From Cladosporium halotolerans (taxonomy: Eukaryota), in the NCBI RefSeq assembly GCF_011745625.1, contig NW_027191465.1, positions 558,001 to 611,102 of the forward strand: a stretch of DNA of 53,102 nt, read 5' to 3'. Positions 11,011 through 20,600 of this stretch are shown in pieces (the first letter of the stretch is position 1; each line of letters begins with the position of its first letter). The translations under genes and the position numbers were made by a program. The notes beneath the pieces were generated by a model that saw nothing but the letters and a program-made list of their open reading frames with translations, had not been told where the DNA came from and made no database searches.

Positions 11011-13536
11011 ATGAGCGGAGAACACAACGCTGGAGGTCCGTCGCACTCGGCGCAATCTTCCATTTCGCAGGTAGACAGCACGGCGAGCACGCTGCTGGCG
11101 AGTCCGAGCACGACGCATTCGGTGTCGTTTGAGAAGGCGCGGGCTGTTGAGGGTTACAAAGCCCGGCAACATGATCAGAGCCTCGCGCAGTCGAAGGACG
11201 ATAACGACTTTGATGCCTTGAGGAGAGAAGGCTCTGAGGACGACGACGAAAATTCCGGGACTCGAGCGGGCTTCAAGGCCCGGCGATACGGCCAGGGCCG
11301 CGAGCAGTCAAGGGACGACGACGATTATGGTCTCGAGGAGAAGGATTCTGGAGACGACGATGATGACGAAGAGGCCGACCGTGTATTTGGTCGCAATGCT
11401 GCCGCGTTGAACGGGAGCACGAAGCTTTCGTCGGAGGAGAAGTCCCAGGCTCGTTTGGGTTTGAAGACCCAGCGACACGGCCAGGGCCGCGAGAAGTCGA
11501 AAGACGGCGATGACGCTTATAGTCTCGAGAAAGAGGGCTTTGAGGACGACGGCGAAGAGGCTGACCGTTTGCTTGGTCGCGATGCTGCCGCGCTGAAGCG
11601 GAGAGCGAAGCTTTCGTCGTCGCTTGAGAATTCCAGAGCTGGCGCGGGCTTCAGAGCCCGGCAGGATGATGAAAGCTTCGGTGAGGCGAAAGATGTTGAT
11701 GATGATGATGTTTATGATTCCAAGAAAGAGGATTCAGAGGACGGCGATGAAGAGGCCGACCATCTGCTGGGTCGCGATGCCGCGGCATTGAATGAACGAC
11801 CTGCGGCTGCGGTTGCGACACATCCCGAGGACGAGCCTGCGGTTGCGCCGGTGGAAAAGAAGGCGAGGCCGATCTCGTGGTCTGAGTTGCCAAAGAAGGG
11901 CCAGTTGGCGATTTTGACGCTCGCTCGGCTGTCTGAGCCGTTGACGCAGCAAGGCTTGCAGAGTTATATGTTTTATCAGCTCAAGTCGTTCACGCTGCCG
12001 AATGGAGAAGCGCCGTCGGACAGCATGGTGGCGAGCCAGGCTGGTATTCTCGCGGCGTCGTTCACCGGTGCGCAGTTCTTGACGGCTTTTATGTGGGGCC
12101 GACTTGCAGACTGGGAAGGCCTTGGGCGCAAGAGAGTCATTTTGATCGGCTTGCTTGGGACCGCTGTCGGAAGTCTTGGGTTTGGCTTCAGCAGGTCTTT
12201 CGCGGCTGCGGTCTTCTGGCGATGTTTGGGTGGTATGCTCAATGGCAACATCGGTGTCATGCGGACCATGATCTCTGAGATCGTGCGCGAGAAAAAGTAC
12301 CAGAGCAGGGCGTTCTTGTTGATGCCAATGTGCTTCAACATTGGTGTTATCATAGGGCCACTGCTGGGTGGTTGGCTGGCCGATCCTGTCGGCAGCTACC
12401 CTCAGACCTTTGGACCGGGTGGGTCAATTGGCGGCAAAGACGGCGTGGGGTGGTTGATGAGGTTCCCGTACGCTTTGCCGAATGTTGTCAACGCATGCTT
12501 TCTTGTTGGAAGCGCGTTGGGTATTTTGTTTGGTCTGGAAGAAACGCTGGAGGCTTTGAGAGACAAGCCGGATTATCCTTTGCGCTTCAGCCGGTGGGTC
12601 TTGAGGGTGTGTACTGGGTCTCGGCAGTCGCATGGGTATGCTGCGTTGGCCGGAGACGTCGTGGCGTGCGAGGCAGGTGATGTGGAGTTGCAGCCTGCTG
12701 CGCGCGACGAGGTTGAGAGACCGAGGGTGCGGCGCCAGCTTCCGTTCCGTCGTATTTGGACTCGCAATGTGGTCTTGACGTTCATTGCTCACGGTATGCT
12801 GGCGATGCATGTGGGGACGTTCAACAACTTGTGGTTTGTCTTCTTGTCGACGCCACGCTTCGATCCATCGGCATCCTCAGGAGAAGATCGAGACAGGCCA
12901 TCGCTCACATTGCCTCCGGGTTACAGGCCGCATGTTCCGTTCACTTTTACCGGTGGACTTGCGTTGCCGCCGCCGAGTATCGGCACGGCACTTGCAATCC
13001 TCGGAGTGATTGGAATAACGATGCAGCTACTGCTGTTCCCGACTGTGAGCTTCAAGCTTGGAACAACACGCTCCTTCCGATGGAGTCTGTTGTTGTTCCC
13101 TGTCTCTTACTTCTTGGCGCCATATCTGGCGATAGTACCCTCATCATCTTCGCCACCAGAGCAGGCGTCAGGCGCGTGGGTTTGGTTGGGTATCACGCTT
13201 GTGCTGACCGTGCAGGTGACTGCTCGCACGTTCGCGTTGCCTTCGACTGCCATTCTAGTGAACAACTGCTGTCCACATCCAAGTGTGCTTGGTAGTGTGC
13301 ATGGTGTGGCGCAGAGTGTCTCGAGCTTGACCAGGACTGTCGGGCCAGTGCTTGCGGGTTGGCTGTATGGCGCTGGCTTGAACAGGGGTGTCATTGGCCT
13401 GGCCTGGTGGTGCATGTGTGTGGTGGCTGTGGTGGGAGCCGTCGCTGGGCGCTTCGTCAGGGAAGGCAGCGGCCACGACATCATGCTGGATGGCGAAGAT
13501 GATGAGGGTCAAGGGGGGAGAGTGGCGAGGAAGTAG
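11011..13536 (+). CDS. Major facilitator superfamily transporter (YCR023C/ZIF-like) with a long acidic repeated N-terminus
   Basis: About 12 hydrophobic segments, MFS motif A (WGRLADWEGLGRKRVIL), RCLGGMLNGNIGVMRTMISE, FNIGVIIGPLLGG. First ATG at 11011. Confidence 0.88.
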   Translation: MSGEHNAGGPSHSAQSSISQVDSTASTLLASPSTTHSVSFEKARAVEGYKARQHDQSLAQSKDDNDFDALRREGSEDDDENSGTRAGFKARRYGQGREQSRDDDDYGLEEKDSGDDDDDEEADRVFGRNAAALNGSTKLSSEEKSQARLGLKTQRHGQGREKSKDGDDAYSLEKEGFEDDGEEADRLLGRDAAALKRRAKLSSSLENSRAGAGFRARQDDESFGEAKDVDDDDVYDSKKEDSEDGDEEADHLLGRDAAALNERPAAAVATHPEDEPAVAPVEKKARPISWSELPKKGQLAILTLARLSEPLTQQGLQSYMFYQLKSFTLPNGEAPSDSMVASQAGILAASFTGAQFLTAFMWGRLADWEGLGRKRVILIGLLGTAVGSLGFGFSRSFAAAVFWRCLGGMLNGNIGVMRTMISEIVREKKYQSRAFLLMPMCFNIGVIIGPLLGGWLADPVGSYPQTFGPGGSIGGKDGVGWLMRFPYALPNVVNACFLVGSALGILFGLEETLEALRDKPDYPLRFSRWVLRVCTGSRQSHGYAALAGDVVACEAGDVELQPAARDEVERPRVRRQLPFRRIWTRNVVLTFIAHGMLAMHVGTFNNLWFVFLSTPRFDPSASSGEDRDRPSLTLPPGYRPHVPFTFTGGLALPPPSIGTALAILGVIGITMQLLLFPTVSFKLGTTRSFRWSLLLFPVSYFLAPYLAIVPSSSSPPEQASGAWVWLGITLVLTVQVTARTFALPSTAILVNNCCPHPSVLGSVHGVAQSVSSLTRTVGPVLAGWLYGAGLNRGVIGLAWWCMCVVAVVGAVAGRFVREGSGHDIMLDGEDDEGQGGRVARK
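11137..11793 (+). repeat. About 4 coding tandem repeats (about 60 aa each, first one partial) in the MFS N-terminus
   Basis: Units resemble S-x-x-x-x-G-F-K-A-R-x-x-G-Q-G-R-E-x-S-K-D-D-D-x-Y-x-L-E-K-E-x-S-E-D-D-x-E-E-A-D-R-L-L-G-R-D-A-A-A-L. Confidence 0.85.
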
Positions 13537-13880
13537 GGCGGGTGATGGACTTATGCAGACACCCGAACATGAATCTCTTGAGCACGAAGCCTCATCTTGG
13601 ACACAAACAGTCCGTCGTGAAGTCCGGTCGACGACATGACTTGACAGCCACCGGGCAAAGCCCATGCTGCAAGCCACGAAGTCTTCCGGTGACGTACTCA
13701 TAGCCGCCGGGCAGAGCCCATGCTATGAGCGTCCTCCAGCGACAGACCGTAAGATGAGTCGGCGATAAGATGCCGTGCTTGTCGTGCTCCAGATTGCATG
13801 TTGCGGTCCCGTCTGCGTCCATGTGAATACTGCACTGTCTCACCCTTGGAAGGGCGACAGTGTCGACAGTATTGCCCTGT

Positions 13881-15538
13881 CTACTTCCTGCCAGAGGAGG
13901 GTGGCCAGCACGGCGAGGGAACGTACCCGGATGGAACCGAGGCTGGCGGTGGGGTCCACTGTGCCTGTTGACCAGGCACAGTGGTCCCCGCGACGATGGA
14001 GCCAGAGGGTGGCTGCATAAACCGAGGGGGAGGAGGCAGAGCGTACTGCTCGGCCCCGTAACCCTCGGTGTTGTCAGCAGTCACCCTGGTGATGGGAGGG
14101 CAGTGCTCCTGGACTTGAGCGGGCCTGCGCGCGGTGGTGGTGCGTCGCGTAGCCCTGGCGCTCAAGTCCATGTCGGGGAGCACAAAAGTCCCCATCACCG
14201 CGAGTGACTGCGTCTGTGCAGCCGGAGCCGGGGTGAGAGGCACCTGAGGAAGTGGTGCACTCTGTCCGGTCTCCTCCTCGCCCTCCAACGACTGCCGCCC
14301 GAACTCCTCTGCCAACTGCGTGGCCAGATCCTCCTCCTCTCCGAACTCCTGCTGCCGCCGTTGCCACACATTCTGGTGCTGGCGCAGATCCTCCTCCCGC
14401 TGCAGCTGCTGTTGTTGCTGCTGCTGCTGCGGCTCCTGCGGCGGTGATTGTTGCAGCTGGAGGAGGGTCTGGTGCTTCTCTGCTTCTTCGGCGAAGCGAG
14501 AGAGCTGCCAGCGACCGTACTGTGGCAGCCCAGCGAGCCACGCGAACTGCCTGGCGTAGCAGCGACCAAGATGGTGCATGCCAGCCAAGTGTTCGAAGTG
14601 GCCGAGCTGGCGGCGGCCGAGTTCTGCCTGCGCGATACCGCTGTCCATGCGGTCGCGCAGGTCTTCTACTTCGGCGAGGACGAGATTGAGGAACTCGTAG
14701 CCGGTGGTCTGCTCGGCGCACAGCCCTTTGACGAAGGCGTGCGCGGCATGCACCAGCTGTTCCACCTCTCTCGCCGTCGCGAGATCCATCTTCCGCAGAT
14801 CCCATGCACCACCGTCGGGGTGTCTCACCCACTCCGACCAGAACCGGAAGCCGAGTCCCAGATTGACGACCAGGAAACGGCGTTGCTGCTCGTACGTGAG
14901 CTCCCGGAGGGCGTCGCGAGGGAAGAGGCGACGCTCATGAGCCAGGAGCCCACGGCTGAACGAGCTGAAGTGTCGTCCAGGAGCAGCAGGTTGTTGGAGG
15001 GAGGGGATTCTTGATCCCAGACGTTGGTGTTGCCGGCGTTGCAGGCAACTGGCCCCTCGAGGGGCGGTTGCGGCGCGGCCGGGGGTTGCGGAAGTGGAGT
15101 GAGCTTCTGGCGCTCACTGTTGCCACTGTCGACACCGTCGACAGTGGTCTTTTGCTGTACACCGAGGTTGAGCCGGAGGCGTCGGCGTGGCCAGTTGGTG
15201 ACAGTGCTACCGGCTGTGCCGGTAGTCTTTGGTGGTGCGGCCGCCCAGTACACCGGCCGGCGGCGGAACTCGTGAGGAGCCTTGACAGGCTTCACTGGCT
15301 CCGCCGCCTGACGAAACCGGTCCTCAGGGCGGCGGCGGGGCGCGGGCGGCGGCGAGGGCGTGGCGGCGCTGGCGGCGCGAGTGCTTGGAGCGCACTCTTC
15401 GATGCGCTCGCCAGGCGCGAAGAAAACAACCCAGGCGAGGCCGCCCGCGAGAAGGGCGAACCACGTCGCGACGAGGATGTCGACGACGTGGGGGACGAGG
15501 CGAGCAACGGACGCGGCGGCGGCGGCGGCGGTCGACAT
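13881..15538 (-). CDS. Orphan protein with an N-terminal TM segment and a polyQ tract; two overlapping frames, junction unresolved
   Basis: ORF 15538-14825 has a TM helix (ILVATWFALLAGGLAWVVFF). A second frame is open from 15113 to 13881 and reads like protein (HERRLFPRDALRELTYEQQRRFLVVNLGLGFRFWSEWVRHPDGG...QQQQQQQQ). Confidence 0.45.
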
Positions 15539-16218
15539 GGCGGCGGCGGCGGCGTGGTGCTTGTGCTGGAGTCGTCGGGGAAGGAAAAGGGGAGAGAAAG
15601 TTGCAAGACGCGGAGCTTTTTGTTGTTGTGTTCGACGGGATGCGGGAGCGGGGCTCCCGGTCGACGGGAGTGAGGTGAGGTTAAACGCAGGTGCGCGCAG
15701 ATGCGCGAGGTGCGCGGCGGGAGGGAGATCCCGGTGGCTGGGGCGACGTGAAGGTACGCGCGCGCGAGCACGCGCGGTAAGATGGACGATAGACGAGCCT
15801 GAGGTAGCAACAGAGTGAATAAAGGGGTGGGCTCGTCGATACCAAAGATGCTACCTCATGTTGCAAATCTAGCATATTCATCAATCCCCCCGAGACAACA
15901 GACTCATATCGGCGCGCTGGCGCGTGACACGGTCGATGGAGACAGATATGTTGCCCGCTTACGCATTGATACTCGAGGATCATCATTGAATGCACCGCGT
16001 TGCGCGGAAGCCTGCTAACTCTGCATGTTAGTGAAGTGTCGTTGATACCACTACCTAGGAGCACATACCTTACGCATCCCATCCATGATGGCATCCTCCA
16101 GTGCATTGAGTCCTCCAGCATATTCGCGTCTGCGTTATATCAGCTCAGCAACGGCATTGCGGGCATGACATCAGCGAATATGCTGCTACCGTTTCTACCA
16201 AAGACATTACCTTCCTTT

Positions 16219-16680
16219 CTACATCTCTGAAGAGGCTCTCTCACAACACTCGACACGAAATCTCATTCTTTCTTCTCGGGCCAGACGCAAACACTTATCT
16301 CTGGCCTCCTGTTTCTGTCTCCAAGCTGTTTCGGCATCCTCTTCAATCCATGCGCGGAGCTGGGCATTGATTGAATTGACTTTCTGGAAAGCTGTCTTTG
16401 CCGCAAGAGGACTCGAATGGGGGGCCGTGTAACGAGAGATGGCCGCTTTGATTATTCGATCCAGCAGCGAAAGAGCGTCTCGGGCCACGAGGTAGAAGAA
16501 GATCGTTACGACGAATGCCTTTGTTCCAGCGATAATCCGGGCCAGATCAAAGAATCGCGCGGCGAGGAGGTAGCCATGGCGCCGAAGAGAACGATTCCAG
16601 GAGTTGTTGAGACTGCGGGCTAGGTAAACGGATAGCCCCGAAAGCATGAGTATCAACCAGAAGCAATCATTGGCAGTCAT
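16219..16680 (-). CDS. Small hypothetical membrane protein
   Basis: 153-aa ATG ORF with two hydrophobic stretches and a coiled-coil-like C-terminus; no recognised family. Confidence 0.3.
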   Translation of the reverse strand: MTANDCFWLILMLSGLSVYLARSLNNSWNRSLRRHGYLLAARFFDLARIIAGTKAFVVTIFFYLVARDALSLLDRIIKAAISRYTAPHSSPLAAKTAFQKVNSINAQLRAWIEEDAETAWRQKQEARDKCLRLAREERMRFRVECCERASSEM

Positions 16681-17641
16681 GGCGGCGGTATATTACTTGG
16701 GGCTGTCTCCCGAGCGCAAGAGTGACTGGACCAGCAAGCTGTGATTTTTTCCCCGGGCGGCACTGGAGGTGAACGATACATGATCAGGAGACTTGCAGTG
16801 AAAGATATGACTGCAGTACAGAGGGCCACGCGTGAGACGACGGTATTCACTGTAAATACTTGACTGCAACATGAGACGTGAAAGACTCGGCTTTCATTCA
16901 CTTGGTTTGATCTATCCTACGATCATGGATAAGCGATATCCTACGACCTTGCACAAGCGATTTCGAGGTGTGAGGAAGTGCATACTGACACGTGGGACTA
17001 TGATGTGAGCATAGCGCTAGGCTACTCAATGGAGCCTACATCCAGCAGTCTGCACATGTGGCATTTGCGCTGAACAACCACCGTCTCGAAGCTTCTGGTG
17101 GTATTCACAAAGAGATGTAGACAGCTGTCCTCGACGCCTGCACGCAATACCAGCGTGAGTCAACCAACCGTGCAGTCACTAGGCATGTGGCAAGCGAATA
17201 GTCGGTCGCATCGCCATATGAAGGAGCAAGTGAGGTCCAGCGCGGTTTCAGGCAGCGCGCGCTAGGGCCCAGTCGGGAATGCTGCTGCTCGCGGACCCTG
17301 AAGCGCCAAGCGCTATGATGCGACGGAAAGCCGAAAGCTGGCCTTTCAGATGCTGCGAATCGCGCGGAAAGGGACAGCTGGTCCATCGCATCGGATCGCG
17401 CTGTCTGGCCTTTTCCTCCTCAAATACTTCAAGCACGAGACTGGCTGCTCTTGCTTGCCCCATCCTTCATCCATCACCACTCTCTTCCCTCTACGTCGTC
17501 GCATACCCCCCTTGACTCCGGGTCGACGACAGCCCTTCCCCTCCATCGGGCCCGCCAGGTGAAGCTAAAAAGCTCAGCGACACTGCTTGGGCGACACCAC
17601 TCCACCTACACACCACACATCACAGGCCAGCCTCCCTCACG

Positions 17642-20600
17642 ATGGCTCGGTACTCCAGAGACCAGCGCCGCCGGTCAGCGCCCTCCACCTCACCGTGGAT
17701 GACCATGTTCTACATCTGTGCCCTCGTTCTGGCGCCCATGCTCTTCATGGGCATGATCCCCTCGGCCAACGCCCAGGAGGATGCTAAGGATACTTCTGTC
17801 ACTGGACCTGGTAAGTCAATGGACATCCCGTGGGCGCTCGCTTGCGCGGAGTCGCCTCAGATCACAATGGATCGCTCCGGGAAGCACGTTTCGCTAACTT
17901 TCCTCAGTCATCGGTATTGATCTCGGAACCACCTACTCTTGCGTTGGTATCATGAAGGGCGGCAAAGTCGAAATCCTCGTCAACGACCAGGGTAACCGTA
18001 TCACTCCTTCCTGGGTTGCCTGGAACGATGAGGAGCGTCTTGTCGGTGATGCGGCGAAGAACCAGTTCGCCGCCAACCCGCACCGCACCATCTTCGACAT
18101 CAAGCGTCTCATTGGCAGGAAGTACAGCGAGAAGGACATTCAGAGAGATATCAAGCACTTCCCCTTCAAGGTTGTCGAGAAGAACGGCCAGCCTCGCGTC
18201 CGCGTCGAGGTTTCTGGGTAAGCATTTGCGGAACTGCGGAGACACGGAACACCTGCTGACATGGTCTCACAGCGCTGAGAAGACCTTCACCCCCGAGGAG
18301 GTTTCTTCCATGATCCTCGGAAAGATGAAGGAGGTCGCCGAGCAGTACCTCGGTGAGAAGGTCGTCAACGCCGTTGTCACCGTCCCCGCCTACTTCAACG
18401 ACGCCCAGCGTGCCGCCACCAAGGACGCTGGTACTATCGCCGGTCTTAATGTCATGCGTGTGGTCAACGAGCCCACCGCCGCCGCCCTCGCCTACGGTCT
18501 CGACAAGACCGACCAGGAACGCCAGATCATCGTCTACGATCTCGGTGGTGGTACCTTCGATGTCTCCATCTTGACTGTCGACCAGGGTGTCTTCGAGGTC
18601 CAGGCCACCGCCGGTGACACTCACCTCGGTGGCGAAGACTTCGACCAGCGCGTTGTTGACTATCTGACCAAGACCTACAACAAGAAACACGACACCGATA
18701 TCACCAAGAACGCGAAGACCATGTCCAAGCTGAAGCGCGAGGTCGAGAAGGCCAAGCGCACTCTGTCCAGCCAGATGAGCACCAAGATCGAGATCGAGGC
18801 CTTCCACGAGGGCAACGACCTGTCCGAGACCCTCACCCGCGCCAAGTTCGAGGAGCTCAACAACGATCTGTTCAAGAAGACCCTCAAGCCGGTTGAGCAG
18901 GTCCTGAAGGACGCCAAGCTGAAGAAGAGCGACATTGATGACATTGTTCTGGTCGGTGGTTCCACTCGTATCCCCAAGGTTCAGGCCATGTTGGAGGAGT
19001 ACTTTGGCAAGAAGGCCTCGAAGGGTATCAACCCCGATGAGGCTGTTGCCTACGGTGCTGCCGTTCAGGGTGGTGTTCTGTCCGGTGAGGAGGAGGCTAA
19101 GGAAATCGTCCTCATGGATGTGAACCCTCTGACCCTTGGTATCGAGACCACTGGCGGCGTCATGACCCACCTCATCAAGCGTGGCACCACCATCCCGACC
19201 AAGAAGAGCCAGATCTTCTCCACCGCCGCCGATAACCAGCCCGTGGTCCTGATCCAGGTCTTTGAGGGTGAGCGCACGATGACTAAGGACAAGGCAAGTA
19301 ATAAATCCCAGAACACTGTACAGTTCAATTGCTAACTTCGTCGCAGTAAGTAATATTTCCCCTTCCCCACCCGTGAAGTTCTTCCCAATGTCAGGGGATC
19401 TTGCCTCGTGCCTCTTCAGGTGAGGTAGTGCAGGCCTGCACTTGCCTACCCCAGGGCGTGGCACCTACCCGGAACGTGGCCTGCACCTGCTCACTCCAGT
19501 ACTATTGCTACTGCCTCGAGTACGCGGGCCCGGATGGGCACAAAACCCGCTCTCTCGCCTCGGTCTTTGCACTCTCCACTCTTCACTCCCCTGGCACTCC
19601 GCCCATTTCACGCCTACCAGGCAATGTCATTGACATGGCATACGACGCTCCCGACATCCAGACGCTCATTCTCCACCTCACCTGGCTCTGTCTCAATGTC
19701 TCCGACTGGATCAACCCTCGCTTCCGTGCGGTTTTTCCTACTTCTGACCATCTGGCTGCTTTGTTCCCTCAGCTCGGCATCACCTTCTGTGAAGGACTTT
19801 TCGACGTCGTCCAAGCTGCTACTGCGCCACGCATCGAGTGGTTCCTGTCTCTCCCCGCCGACATCCCACACCACGTGTGGGGCATCTATGTCCTCGTTCT
19901 TCGTAAAGGCTCCCGCTACAAGCTCTACATCGGCTCTGGCACTGGTATCAAAGATGGCGTGCGGTCCCGCATTCTACAACACGAAGGCCGCAGTGTGGAG
20001 CCTAGTCACGTCAAGCAAGCAAAGGATGATGGTTACAAGCAAGTCCACAGCTCTCTGCTCGCCTGGTGCAACCCGCCCACCGCAGCCCAAGTGCCAGCTT
20101 TCCGCACCGCTATCATTGCAATCGAGGCCGCACTCCACCTCATCTTCTGGCCTATGTATAAGCGCACCACACGATACAGCTTCCCTGATGGTCCTTGGGC
20201 TCGGAAGGAGTACCCGTGGGACGGTCTCTGCCACCACAACCCACTCACCGAAGGCGTCATCAAGGGTGTCGACGACATCGACCTCACGCCCGAGCAACTT
20301 GAGCACATGGCTAGCGTCGCTGCTGAACGGAGACGAGTCGTCAGGAATACTTGGGACCGCAAACAGCGTGCAAGCCCAAGACCTGGGTACATGGCTAAGC
20401 GTCTCGCCGTCTCAAGGAAGTACCAGCCCACAGCTACCGCCAAATACCACCAGGTCATCGCAAGCAAGGCCCACCACTGCCCCCTCTGCAATGTCACGAA
20501 GTCCTGCAAGTCCCAAATGGAACGACACTATCGAACAGAACGTCACATCAACGCCGTCGCCGATGGATGTGGTCCACTTCACTGCGTGCCGTGCAATTAT

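Noticed and set aside
16986..17095. UPRE-like TGACACGTGG and HSE-like GAAnnTTC upstream of BiP
   Set aside because: Short motifs 550-650 bp upstream cannot be told from chance matches without conservation data.
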